From Escherichia virus TH47, in sequence record MT446416.1: a stretch of DNA of 64,000 bases; one strand, written 5' to 3'. A program made the position numbers and the translations under genes. The notes beneath the pieces were generated by a model. The model saw only the letters and a program-made list of their open reading frames with translations, was not told the origin of the DNA and made no database searches. Positions 1-9,063 of the stretch are shown piece by piece (positions within the stretch are counted from its first letter, which is position 1; each line of letters opens with the position of its first letter).

Positions 1-562
1 TCATAACGTATGGTATGATAAATCGGTCATACATTTTATGTTCTTTAGCTGGACTCCAATACAATTCTAAATCTAATAGATATGGATTTCGCTCATTCAC
101 ATGATTCAGAACACTAATAAATTCTTGTGGTATTTGCTCTTCTGGTAACGATGCCCATTCCCAGAATGTTTTTGAGTTCGGTGGTAATTCACGAACAGTT
201 ACACGTTGATATAGTTTAGATGCAGTAGTTTCTTGTTCTGCAAAGTCTCCACTATCAACCATTTCTTTAATGTAAAATTTAGCTAGTTCTATTTCCTTAT
301 CCTGTGCACCAAAAGAAATGAGCAAAGACTCCATATCTTTGCTCATATATTTTCCAGGTTGCCACCCAGTTTTTAGACTACAGTTAAAACAGTTATAAGA
401 AACAGAACCATCTGCGTTAAACATATGATTGCCTCGATTTTTAGTATCGGGGCGTGAATGACCACGGAACACACAAGCAGGACAATTGTGATGTGTCCAC
501 ATACCAATTCCTGGTACTGGGTCATTCATGATTTGTGCCATGATGTTTTGTACAGCGTTCAT
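1..562 (-). CDS. 61: DNA primase (gp61-like), partial; ATG at 562, C-terminus runs off the window start
   Basis: Own translation from ATG 562: N-terminal zinc-ribbon motif (HHNCPACVFRGHSRPDTKNRGNHMF...YNCFNCSLKTG) followed by the start of a toprim-like region, as in T4 gp61. Not in the ORF track because no stop lies within the window. Confidence 0.6.
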   Translation of the reverse strand, partial: MNAVQNIMAQIMNDPVPGIGMWTHHNCPACVFRGHSRPDTKNRGNHMFNADGSVSYNCFNCSLKTGWQPGKYMSKDMESLLISFGAQDKEIELAKFYIKEMVDSGDFAEQETTASKLYQRVTVRELPPNSKTFWEWASLPEEQIPQEFISVLNHVNERNPYLLDLELYWSPAKEHKMYDRFIIPYVM

Positions 563-617
563 AATTTAATCCTTGTTATTTCTCACAAATGATTATAGCA
601 CAAACACTTGTTTTGTC

Positions 618-1595
618 TCACCTGCGAATCAAAATTTTAGGAACTGACAGTAGTGGGTCATAGACTTTTCTTACTGCCGCATAGTCATAAGGAACTGGAA
701 CGATCTTAGGATGAATACAAACAACCAATCGCAACCACATGTAATTACCTTTAAAATTAAATGCTTGAATCCCATCTAACGCTTTAGGGAATCCATTTTC
801 ATCAATATCATTTTCGATATATTCTTTACCATCCAATTTAACAATAAACCATTTATAGTTTTCGTTATCAGTTGGTACGTTATTACACAAACATCCTTGT
901 AATTGAATTCTACCAATGAATTTATCAAAGTACATTGCAATAGTACTAAGACCATCAACTAACCCATACTGCATTTGTGCAGGAAGAGGTGATGTTGCCA
1001 TTATATCATATTCACCAATAACACCACGAGCGATTGGTTCATGATACAAGCGTTTGATAGTAGTCCATGCTGGGTTTTTATTAACAGATACTTCAATACT
1101 TGGCACAAACACAGGAGCAGCTTGGTCGGAAATGATCAATTCAGCAGATGCTTCATAGTCAAGACCAGTGTATAAGTACTGTGTTGGTTCAATCAAGGAA
1201 CCATCCATTGTTACTTTAGTAATACTCCATCTATATTTTGAACCAGGACTAGTATCCTGAATTACACCAGCAGGAACAATACATCCATAATATACTTTTT
1301 TACTATTACCTAATGTTTGTCTTGCTTGTCCACTTTCTGATAGCCATGATGGTTTTTGTTTATCCAGAACTACATCGAATAATTTAGTATTGTTTCTAGC
1401 ATCAAAAATCATGAATGTTAGATATTCGTTATCTTTTAGTAATGTATATTTTCCATCAGCGTTGTGCACTGTGAATGATAAATTGTTATTTGCACCTCTG
1501 TATATTGTAAGTTTCTCATTGCTGTATGGCATATTAAAATTGCCCAATGATACTTCTTGGTTATAAGGGTACATAAACACGCCGTGATGAGCCAT
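618..1595 (-). CDS. hypothetical protein (about 325 aa), possibly late-expressed
   Basis: Track ORF 618..1829 trimmed to the Met (MAHHGVF) preceded by AAGGA. A palindromic TATAAATTTATA element lies about 35 nt upstream. Confidence 0.5.
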   Translation of the reverse strand: MAHHGVFMYPYNQEVSLGNFNMPYSNEKLTIYRGANNNLSFTVHNADGKYTLLKDNEYLTFMIFDARNNTKLFDVVLDKQKPSWLSESGQARQTLGNSKKVYYGCIVPAGVIQDTSPGSKYRWSITKVTMDGSLIEPTQYLYTGLDYEASAELIISDQAAPVFVPSIEVSVNKNPAWTTIKRLYHEPIARGVIGEYDIMATSPLPAQMQYGLVDGLSTIAMYFDKFIGRIQLQGCLCNNVPTDNENYKWFIVKLDGKEYIENDIDENGFPKALDGIQAFNFKGNYMWLRLVVCIHPKIVPVPYDYAAVRKVYDPLLSVPKILIRR

Positions 1596-1620
1596 AGTTT
1601 TTCCTTCCATAAATAATAGG

Positions 1621-1634
1621 TATAAATTTATACT
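1621..1634. promoter_or_regulatory. perfectly palindromic GTATAAATTTATAC element between divergent genes
   Basis: 14-mer identical on both strands, presenting TATAAAT to the minus gene (start 1595) and the plus ORF (start 1653). Confidence 0.4.
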
Positions 1635-1652
1635 AATATTTATGGAACTCAT

Positions 1653-2006
1653 ATGAATCAATATAATACTATTCCACCATTTATCACGGTAGTTCAGTGT
1701 GATGGTAAAACTTTCATTGGTATTATCAAGATAAAAAGTAAACAGTATACTACTCTTTACTGCTTTGAAGATATGGATGAACCAATGCAAGATGAATTGT
1801 TGGGTATAGCACATGATTGGTGGTGGCAAAGTAACAGGTCAATTCCAGTCTGTCTATTCTTCCAAGAAGAGATGGAGAAATTTGAACCTTACACACAGAG
1901 ATTCGATACCCCTGCGGTGAATTTCGTTTGTGGTCCAGTAGTTTCTTTAAGTGATTTGCCACAAAAACGCATCAAGCGTCGTAATGTGGCTCTTAAGAAG
2001 AAGTAA
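1653..2006 (+). CDS. hypothetical small protein (117 aa)
   Basis: Plus-strand ORF diverging from the same palindromic TATAAAT element; overlaps only the spurious N-terminal extension of the 618..1829 track ORF. Confidence 0.3.
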   Translation: MNQYNTIPPFITVVQCDGKTFIGIIKIKSKQYTTLYCFEDMDEPMQDELLGIAHDWWWQSNRSIPVCLFFQEEMEKFEPYTQRFDTPAVNFVCGPVVSLSDLPQKRIKRRNVALKKK

Positions 2007-2631
2007 GATGTTCAACTAAAGCGTTAAGTTGAACTACAATCATTAAGCTGTATGCATAAGCATGTGGCTTTTTGAAATATCGTAACTTATTTCCTGCTTG
2101 GTCTGTGCCAATAGTACTGTAATCCCATATAGTGGATTCAACTTCACTCCATGTATTCATACTTTGGCACTGCCTTTTTCCAGGACGAATCATTGCAATA
2201 AACATTGCAAGTTCATCTATGGATTTAGGTTTCCACACATTTAATAATGTAACGTGTTTTTTAATCTGTGAAAGATGTTCAACTATTTCTGGTTCTAACA
2301 GAAGATCCCAATTAGGTTCCTGATTCATTAGTTCTTTTAAATGTGCTCTATCACGAACATACTGGTAAGCCGATTGTGACAGGATATCTACCTTTTGATA
2401 TCCCAAGCGTTCGGCTTCTTTATATTGTATGCTGGCTAAACCAGTGATAGGGTCAATTGGTATATTATCAAAATGAACACCACTGTTATGGGGGATTAAA
2501 CCATCCTCCGTAATTTTTTCTGTACTTCGTACACAAGGAAGCTGTGCAATCACTGACTTACTATCTTTAAAGTCAATGTCGATATCAGTTCGTGCTTTGC
2601 GGTACGAATTAGAATTTGTCGAATCCTGCAT
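1993..2631 (-). CDS. hypothetical protein (212 aa) with weak Pol III alpha finger-like motifs
   Basis: Long ORF in the dense minus-strand early cluster. Motifs YQKVDIL and ELAMFIAMIRPG, spaced about 75 aa apart, resemble the LLKMDFLGL and ALYRPGP motifs of C-family polymerase alpha subunits; this is a tentative resemblance. Confidence 0.45.
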   Translation of the reverse strand: MQDSTNSNSYRKARTDIDIDFKDSKSVIAQLPCVRSTEKITEDGLIPHNSGVHFDNIPIDPITGLASIQYKEAERLGYQKVDILSQSAYQYVRDRAHLKELMNQEPNWDLLLEPEIVEHLSQIKKHVTLLNVWKPKSIDELAMFIAMIRPGKRQCQSMNTWSEVESTIWDYSTIGTDQAGNKLRYFKKPHAYAYSLMIVVQLNALVEHLTSS

Positions 2632-2938
2632 TTTTTATTTGCTCCTGCAATTTGTTTACAGTGTTAGATAATTTGGTTACCTGATTTTCTAACATTGTAC
2701 ACTTTTGTTTAGTCTTTGACAACTCTTGACTTAGACTAAAAAAACGTTCCTCATGCCTTTCAACCATACTGATAATTTTTTCAACACGAACAGGATCGTG
2801 CACCTGAAATGTTTTACCATCAAGTGTGATTTCCGTTATAGAGCCTTGTCTAAGCAATGATAAAGATTTAGATTTATCTGCTTTAGGCACAGGTACATAC
2901 CCTTCTGGTATTTTATTATATATACTTTTTCCATTCAT
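2609..2938 (-). CDS. hypothetical protein (109 aa), predicted coiled-coil C-terminus
   Basis: ORF in the operon-like minus-strand array, overlapping its neighbours by a few codons. Confidence 0.45.
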   Translation of the reverse strand: MNGKSIYNKIPEGYVPVPKADKSKSLSLLRQGSITEITLDGKTFQVHDPVRVEKIISMVERHEERFFSLSQELSKTKQKCTMLENQVTKLSNTVNKLQEQIKNAGFDKF

Positions 2939-3645
2939 AATCCAGCCTCACGTAGCATACTTTTTATTTCATCACATTCCTTTTTGTACTTTATAGTTTT
3001 AACCTCAAAGTAACTAGGATCAATGTATTTAAGTATATACTTGATTTCAGAGTTAGAGAGATTCTTGAAAAACTTATTAGTACTTTCTTTTGGTGCTAAC
3101 CAGATAATCCAAGGTGAAATCTTACCACTCTCAATCCATGCAATTGCACGGGCAGAACTCACATTGGAAAAAAACTTATTCCACTCCAAGTTCAGATTCT
3201 GGCCCCATTCCACCATTGCAACAACACTACGGGAAACAGCGGCGGTGGGAGATTCAGAACGGATACAATCTAATATCCATTCATCCTTTGCTTTATAAGT
3301 ACTCCATTCCATAATAGGACGGTTTCTTACAATTAGACTTTTTACAAAACCATCAATATCTAAAATATCACGGTTGTTCAAATAATAAATTGCAAAATCA
3401 TAAAAATCACTAAAGTACTTTGATTTTATAAAAGCCATTAATGGTTCAACTCCCTTCTTGAAAGGGAAATGGTTTAACTCCATGAATTGCATATAAATGC
3501 GAAAAGCCTCCCTCATGGGGCGGCTATCACGATCTTCGTAACGGTCACGTTTAACACACTTATGTGTGTTAACTGTGTCTTCGCGTTTAAATTCTTTATC
3601 ACAGAACTTACATGTGTATACGGGACTACTTGATTTCTTTGCCAT
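2935..3645 (-). CDS. hypothetical protein (236 aa) with N-terminal Cys/His zinc-finger-like motif
   Basis: Long ORF; N-terminus CKFCDKEF...HKC is zinc-finger-like. Start overlaps the upstream gene. Confidence 0.5.
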   Translation of the reverse strand: MAKKSSSPVYTCKFCDKEFKREDTVNTHKCVKRDRYEDRDSRPMREAFRIYMQFMELNHFPFKKGVEPLMAFIKSKYFSDFYDFAIYYLNNRDILDIDGFVKSLIVRNRPIMEWSTYKAKDEWILDCIRSESPTAAVSRSVVAMVEWGQNLNLEWNKFFSNVSSARAIAWIESGKISPWIIWLAPKESTNKFFKNLSNSEIKYILKYIDPSYFEVKTIKYKKECDEIKSMLREAGL

Positions 3646-4471
3646 ATTTCTTACATTCTTCTTTAAATAATTTCATCATTGATTTCATTTCTTTCTCTTG
3701 CAAACCTATGTCTTCAAGGAAAGACTCGAATGTTTTTTTGTTATATTGCAACAAAACAATTTTATATTCATCTTCGTTCATTTGAGTTGCTATTGAATCT
3801 GGCTGTGTACTTTTAATGAGTTCAAATAATTCATTATTAGCACGCTTGAAACTCTTGGAAAAGTTTAACCAGTTTCGTGGCAATTCCTTACCACCCAACA
3901 TATCATGAACCGAACATAGTAGTTGATATACAAGTTCAGGGTGTTCTTTCATATCCCAGAACCCATCATTAACCATATCATTCAACATAATCAACTGATA
4001 ACGTACAACGTCACTGTCAACCAATGAGATGATCTGTCCACCAGCAATACTAAATTCAGTCATTGCTGCAATCAACTTGTTAGCATCATCATTACTTTGT
4101 ACGGCAAACTTGATACGCCAATCATAGTCACTATGACAGTACTTAGTAACTGATGTTACATTAACACCAGTACTATTGAGTTCTTTGACAAGTTCAGTGA
4201 GTGCTTCTTTACCACCAGCTTTCCACTTACCAAATACGTTTTCCACTTTACTACTAGGGAAAGTTACTTGGAGGGAGTCATCAAGTGAACTTACCCAACG
4301 AAGTACAGTATAAGGCGTAAATTCCTTACGCTCATCTTCGGTCATGTCATTATAGTATTTGTAATCTGCACGGTCAATATGTTTTAGAAATTCAGCAATA
4401 GAAAATGTATGCTGGGTTGGTTTATCGTTTTCGTCTACTGACTTAGCTTTAATATTACTGAAATCTAACAC
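3626..4471 (-). CDS. hypothetical protein (281 aa)
   Basis: Long ORF in the early minus-strand array; no recognisable catalytic motif. Confidence 0.5.
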   Translation of the reverse strand: MLDFSNIKAKSVDENDKPTQHTFSIAEFLKHIDRADYKYYNDMTEDERKEFTPYTVLRWVSSLDDSLQVTFPSSKVENVFGKWKAGGKEALTELVKELNSTGVNVTSVTKYCHSDYDWRIKFAVQSNDDANKLIAAMTEFSIAGGQIISLVDSDVVRYQLIMLNDMVNDGFWDMKEHPELVYQLLCSVHDMLGGKELPRNWLNFSKSFKRANNELFELIKSTQPDSIATQMNEDEYKIVLLQYNKKTFESFLEDIGLQEKEMKSMMKLFKEECKKYGKEIK

Positions 4472-4473
4472 TA

Positions 4474-4971
4474 TTACACTCCTAGATACAAATCTTGAAT
4501 TTTCTCGTTCTCATCTGCAAAGTAAACACAAGGTGGATTGTTACCACTGTGCAGAGGAACACATAGTAAGTTCTTCTTAGGCAGCATAGGGATCTGCCAT
4601 TTAGTAGTGAGTGCGAATACACGCAGCACTTTTACAGGTTCGAACTTAGGATACATTGAACGGATTGGATTGTAAACAAAAGCTTTAGGTTCTTTCATAT
4701 TAAGAATGTTTTCAATAGTACACATCTCAACCATACCTGTCTCTTCATCACCCAACATGATTTGCCAACCCAATGGTACTTGGATAATCTTTTCACCAAT
4801 CTGCAAATCAGCACTGATACTATTAAATGACACAGTGTTTAAAATGTGGCGAAAATAAAAGTCAGAGTCACCGTTTGGACTCAAATCTAAAACACAATAC
4901 ATTTCTGATGGAATGTGTTCAGTTACTAAATCCATATCAAATGAATTATTTTCTGGGGTTAATACGTTCAT
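4474..4971 (-). CDS. hypothetical protein (165 aa)
   Basis: ORF tightly packed between neighbours (3 nt gap upstream). Confidence 0.5.
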   Translation of the reverse strand: MNVLTPENNSFDMDLVTEHIPSEMYCVLDLSPNGDSDFYFRHILNTVSFNSISADLQIGEKIIQVPLGWQIMLGDEETGMVEMCTIENILNMKEPKAFVYNPIRSMYPKFEPVKVLRVFALTTKWQIPMLPKKNLLCVPLHSGNNPPCVYFADENEKIQDLYLGV

Positions 4972-4980
4972 CTCATCTCC

Positions 4981-5409
4981 TTAGTACTGGGAATCTTCAT
5001 CTTCATCGTAGTAATCTTCTTCATCTTCATCTGATGTACCATAGAATTCAAGACCATACGTTTCACACATTTCTTGAATCTTATCAACATCAGTATCTAA
5101 GTAAGAATCAAAATTACCACTAAGACTAACTACATCAATAAACGTTGTAGTATCAGTACTTGCATAGATGATATCATATTTTAATGATTCAACTTTCGAG
5201 TCAATTCTGGTTTGCAATTCATAGATATTAATCCATGAATTAGTGTCAATATTACATCTCCAAACATTAGTATCGTCAGTTTCTAGTTCAGGTATATAGT
5301 CAAGTGAAGATACCATGTCATCCATAATACCATCACCATTCAACAATACATCAATTACATCTAACGTTTCTTGGTCACAGATAAAAGCAATACTAGATCT
5401 TAATTCCAT
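4981..5409 (-). CDS. hypothetical acidic protein (142 aa, C-terminal DEDEEDYYDEDEDSQY tail)
   Basis: ORF preceded by AAGGAAG and by an extended -10 element (TGATATAAT) about 36 nt upstream. Confidence 0.5.
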   Translation of the reverse strand: MELRSSIAFICDQETLDVIDVLLNGDGIMDDMVSSLDYIPELETDDTNVWRCNIDTNSWINIYELQTRIDSKVESLKYDIIYASTDTTTFIDVVSLSGNFDSYLDTDVDKIQEMCETYGLEFYGTSDEDEEDYYDEDEDSQY

Positions 5410-5444
5410 TTTTATTTTACTTCCTTGTTGTTGTCATACGACAC

Positions 5445-5474
5445 ATTATATCATGTACAGCGGGATTATCCCGC
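5445..5474 (-). promoter_or_regulatory. extended -10 promoter (TGATATAAT) upstream of gene 4981..5409
   Basis: Third exact TGATATAAT in the window, about 36 nt before the ATG, adjacent to the hairpin ACAGCGGGAttaTCCCGCTGT. Confidence 0.4.
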
Positions 5475-6950
5475 TGTATTTTCCCAATCCTTAACATCTA
5501 TGATACTATGAGGATATTGTGCTTCCTTATAGTATTGTAAACGTTCACGTAAGTGTTTTGCACTATATTTGTTTGTACCACTGATATCAAAGATTTCCAC
5601 GTGGTCTTTGTCTTCTGCACGACGCAACCCACGACCAATGGACTGTATTGTACGAACGAAGCTTTTTCCTGGTTCGATTAGAACGACATTATACAAACGA
5701 GAAATACTGATACCAGTACTTGCTACCCCATAGGTTGCAATGAGTATTTTGTTATCAGCCCAGCGAATTTCACCATATGAAGATTCACGGTCTTTCTTTT
5801 TGGTTTCCCCACGAACAAATTCTGACTTAGGAATACCCAAAAATTCACAAAGCAATTCACCAGCTTCAAGTCTATCAACCAGTACTAAAGTGTTTCCAGA
5901 TTCTGCTAACGCACCTATCAGTGATGCTACATATGCCATTCTATCACGGTCAGTAACTAAGTACTTTAATTCTTCTGCATATGACGCGAACTTTAAATTA
6001 CTTTTAAGTTTAATACAGTTCACATTACATGTGCTTAGTATTTTTTTATCTTGTAATTCTTTAGCTGTGATTTTAAATATCACATCACCAACGTTACATT
6101 TAATCTTCGCAGCGACAACTTGGTCTTTAGGGATTGTACCAGTTAATCCCCAGCGAAGTGGGACGTTATTCATAACTTTAGAGAGTACTTGAACTAATGC
6201 ATCACCACCAGCACCTTGACACTCATCGACAATCACACAAACCACACCATCAATAAAGTCATGAACGTCTTGTTCAGTCAGTTCAATTTCACCTTTCTTT
6301 GTTTTCTTCCACAAAGAGTTGAATGACTGCCAGGTAGTTATTGTGTGTTGGTGACCAAAGTCTTTCTGTGCACCATAGAACACTCCAGTGTCAAGACCAC
6401 ACATAACATAGTCATCATATGTTTGCTGCACCAAATCAGTACTAGGTACGATAATCACAGAACGTCCATACTCTTGTACCTTCTTGGATAATGCCGCTGT
6501 GATGAGCGTTTTACCAGCCCCTGTAGCTGCTAATAATAAACCATGTGGGTTTGCAAGGCAAGCATTAACTGCGTTCACCTGATGCTCTCTGAGCTTGATT
6601 GACTTACCTTCCATGTGGTGTCCAGCACCAAACACAACATCACTAAAAATATCTTCATCAATTGGTTCAAAATTGAATCCATAATTGACACGATGATCTT
6701 CAAGTTCAATATCAATTTTTGCTTCATCTAAGATTGGCAACAACTTATCCAACATGTGGTAGTAAGTACTGCCACCTAAGTTCATAAACTGTACCTTACC
6801 ATCCCAACGACCAATACGACCAGCAGGGGTGAACTTAGCGTATGGAAGTACATATTCTGTTGCACGAATCATCTTCTGACGAATTGAGGGATCTAGTCCC
6901 TCAAATTTACAATTAACCTCGTCCAGTAAGGTTAGCTTACAAGTTTTCAT
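5466..6950 (-). CDS. SF2 DNA helicase, UvsW-like
   Basis: Walker A LLAATGAGKT, DExx-type box IVDECQGAGG and C-terminal helicase motifs (TGISISRLYNVVL, QSIGRGLR); 494 aa. Confidence 0.65.
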   Translation of the reverse strand: MKTCKLTLLDEVNCKFEGLDPSIRQKMIRATEYVLPYAKFTPAGRIGRWDGKVQFMNLGGSTYYHMLDKLLPILDEAKIDIELEDHRVNYGFNFEPIDEDIFSDVVFGAGHHMEGKSIKLREHQVNAVNACLANPHGLLLAATGAGKTLITAALSKKVQEYGRSVIIVPSTDLVQQTYDDYVMCGLDTGVFYGAQKDFGHQHTITTWQSFNSLWKKTKKGEIELTEQDVHDFIDGVVCVIVDECQGAGGDALVQVLSKVMNNVPLRWGLTGTIPKDQVVAAKIKCNVGDVIFKITAKELQDKKILSTCNVNCIKLKSNLKFASYAEELKYLVTDRDRMAYVASLIGALAESGNTLVLVDRLEAGELLCEFLGIPKSEFVRGETKKKDRESSYGEIRWADNKILIATYGVASTGISISRLYNVVLIEPGKSFVRTIQSIGRGLRRAEDKDHVEIFDISGTNKYSAKHLRERLQYYKEAQYPHSIIDVKDWENTAG

Positions 6951-6965
6951 CCATGAATACCTTTA

Positions 6966-7784
6966 TTAATTAGTTCGAGTATTATATTCGTACTCAAATG
7001 TATATACTAAATCTTTATCACAGTTTGGGTTACTTGCATCAAGGATATCACTATTACTAATCATCCATTCAATATAGTTCAATGGAACAGTTTCCATTGG
7101 TTCACCTTTGTGTTTACCGAATGGCATGAATTTATAACGCATTGGTGTATTACAGAATGTTACTATTTGTTCACCAATGTCACCATTAGGGTCAATATGA
7201 CCACGTTCAATAGCAACTTCAATCAATTTGATTAGAACTTGGTAACACATGAATACGTCATCTTTTGCTGCGTGAGCATTCACTGCACGATGTACGTCAC
7301 GATAGCAACCAAATTTATACCACAAATAACTTAGAGTTAAGTTTTTGAATTCAGTGTCTTCTGCAAACATCTTCTTAGCTAAACGAAGGGTACAAATCCA
7401 TTTATCTTCATCGAGCAAGTACTGCGAAACTGAGTTACGATATTTATATTCGTTATCTACCATCATTCGGCGGTCAAATTGAACGTTGTGTCCAATAAAA
7501 TAATCACGACACCCCATGAGTGCGTCGATGTTTTCTAAGTCATCTTTATAACCAATGCAGTTTGCTACATCTTCAGTACTGATAAAATGCACAGCACTTG
7601 CTTCGGGTGGTATATCTTTTAGTGGTTTATAACGCAAAGTGTAGTTATCAATAGTATCAATATTCTCATGTGCACCGTGAGGATATGAAATACTAAATTC
7701 AATAATATCATCTTCACTTTCGACACCAGTTGTTTCGGTGTCTAGTACTGCTACATTTGATAAAAACGCATCTAATTTTGTCAT
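6966..7784 (-). CDS. DnaQ-like 3'-5' exonuclease (DEDDh family)
   Basis: Exo motifs VLDTETTG, GHNVQFD and HRAVNAHAAKDDV; 272 aa. Confidence 0.65.
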   Translation of the reverse strand: MTKLDAFLSNVAVLDTETTGVESEDDIIEFSISYPHGAHENIDTIDNYTLRYKPLKDIPPEASAVHFISTEDVANCIGYKDDLENIDALMGCRDYFIGHNVQFDRRMMVDNEYKYRNSVSQYLLDEDKWICTLRLAKKMFAEDTEFKNLTLSYLWYKFGCYRDVHRAVNAHAAKDDVFMCYQVLIKLIEVAIERGHIDPNGDIGEQIVTFCNTPMRYKFMPFGKHKGEPMETVPLNYIEWMISNSDILDASNPNCDKDLVYTFEYEYNTRTN

Positions 7785-7795
7785 TTTATTCTCGC

Positions 7796-7824
7796 ATAGA
7801 AAAAGGACGCGAAATGCGTCCTTA
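7796..7824 (-). terminator. terminator downstream of the 7822..8559 endonuclease gene
   Basis: Minus-strand reading AAGGACGCatttcGCGTCCTT followed by tttctat. Confidence 0.55.
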
Positions 7825-8559
7825 TGATATATTTTCTAGAACAATTTGAATATGATCTTCATCGTATTTTATTCTCAACAATTTAATATTATTTTGATTA
7901 CAATAATCATTCTTTATTTTATCATTTTTCTGAGTTAGTTTTAGTTTTTCTTTACCACCCCAACCACATGATTCAAAATGTTGAAGACCATCATATTCAA
8001 TACACATATTAAACGTTGGAAGATAAAAATCAAATCTCAAAGGAAGTATATTTTTACAATCATCAAACGTTTTTTCCATTACACACGATACATTTTTCAT
8101 ATCCAAAATGTTACGTATGTCTTTAACTGCCTTTGACATTTTATCAGATATTGCACATTTAATACAACCCTTTCCTGATAAATGGTCATTTGCTCTTTGT
8201 AAAAAATCACCATGTATTTTACAAGTTATAGTGAGTTTTTGTTTGTTGTTTTTGCCATATACAACTTTATCATAGTTATATCTATCACTATGTATTTTAT
8301 AAGATTCCTCAATGAAGGTTTCAGTTGTATGTTTGGAACGTCTTGAACATTTAGTACATCCAGCACCTCTGTAATGGACTTTAACAAATTGCTCATAATC
8401 ACCATGTATTTTACAAGTTACAATAACTTTTGAATTTACATTCTCATATACTGTTTTATCATATAAGAATATATCACCATAAATTGATTTTGATTTTTCT
8501 ATAAATTGTTCTGTTGTTTGCTTTTTATTATTTGCACCCATAACCGTATCACCTAACAA
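7822..8559 (-). CDS. putative homing endonuclease (tandem Cys/His repeats plus C-terminal Vsr/DUF559-like nuclease fold)
   Basis: Two N-terminal repeats (TTExFIEx...YDKxVY...CKIHGDF...GxGCxKC) and C-terminal FDFYLP...CIEYDGLQHF resembling a restriction-endonuclease-like fold. Flanked by hairpin terminators on both sides. Confidence 0.5.
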   Translation of the reverse strand: MLGDTVMGANNKKQTTEQFIEKSKSIYGDIFLYDKTVYENVNSKVIVTCKIHGDYEQFVKVHYRGAGCTKCSRRSKHTTETFIEESYKIHSDRYNYDKVVYGKNNKQKLTITCKIHGDFLQRANDHLSGKGCIKCAISDKMSKAVKDIRNILDMKNVSCVMEKTFDDCKNILPLRFDFYLPTFNMCIEYDGLQHFESCGWGGKEKLKLTQKNDKIKNDYCNQNNIKLLRIKYDEDHIQIVLENIS

Positions 8560-8592
8560 AAAAGACAGTTTTATATAAAACTGTCTTTTATT
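8558..8592. terminator. hairpin terminator between the UvsY-like and endonuclease genes
   Basis: AGACAGTTTTatataAAACTGTCT flanked by A-run and T-run on both sides. Confidence 0.5.
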
Positions 8593-8601
8593 TAATTTAT
8601 A

Positions 8602-9063
8602 TTAGTCTAGTCGGCTATCTTCAATACCCGCAGCACGTAGTCTCACAATATTGTTTAACTGAAAAGCTTTCATCTCTAAGGATTTAACAATACTGGAATA
8701 TGTGTTACGGATATATGATACTTCATTTATAAGTTCAGATAATTCACAAACTTCTTTATCACCCTCAACATACTTTTTACAGTCAGAGGATGATAGTGCT
8801 CGACGATATGCTTCAAGGAAATATTTAAACTTTTCAGCTTGTAGTTGACGCATTTCAATTTCTAGCATTTCAAGTACAGCTTCAAGTTCTTGAAGCTGGC
8901 TGAGACGTGTCTCATGCCAGCCGGGAATCTCCTGTGCAATCTTCTCAATAATGCCAATCTTCTTAACTTCACGACGAGCTTCTTCAGTTTCTTTTTCGAA
9001 GTACTCAATCATGTCGATAATTTTAGATTTGTCATCTTTGATAATCCAGTGCCAAGGTTTCAT
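8602..9063 (-). CDS. UvsY-like recombination mediator (tentative)
   Basis: 153 aa; immediately downstream of and translationally coupled to uvsX. C-terminal segment IVKSLEMKAFQLNNIVRLRAAG loosely resembles the T4 UvsY C-terminus. Confidence 0.4.
   Translation of the reverse strand: MKPWHWIIKDDKSKIIDMIEYFEKETEEARREVKKIGIIEKIAQEIPGWHETRLSQLQELEAVLEMLEIEMRQLQAEKFKYFLEAYRRALSSSDCKKYVEGDKEVCELSELINEVSYIRNTYSSIVKSLEMKAFQLNNIVRLRAAGIEDSRLD

Noticed and set aside
618-1829. Longer N-terminal extensions given by the track for several ORFs (618..1829, 15643..16701, 31418..32236, 34378..36777, 36656..37552, 42291..43340, 43309..44250, 44190..45011, 18189..18941)
   Set aside because: The extensions begin at non-ATG codons or lack SD sequences, and overlap promoters, terminators or neighbouring genes; downstream ATGs with good SD were preferred.
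5454-5474. Hairpin ACAGCGGGAttaTCCCGCTGT as terminator of the helicase gene
   Set aside because: It overlaps the helicase stop codon and is not followed by a T-run on the minus strand; more likely part of the promoter region for the downstream gene.
5740-6192. Internal or antisense ORFs within long conserved genes (for example 5740..6192, 12829..13347, 31532..31989, 35555..36535, 52305..53151)
   Set aside because: Nested within or antisense to genes with clear conserved motifs; low-complexity or unusual composition.
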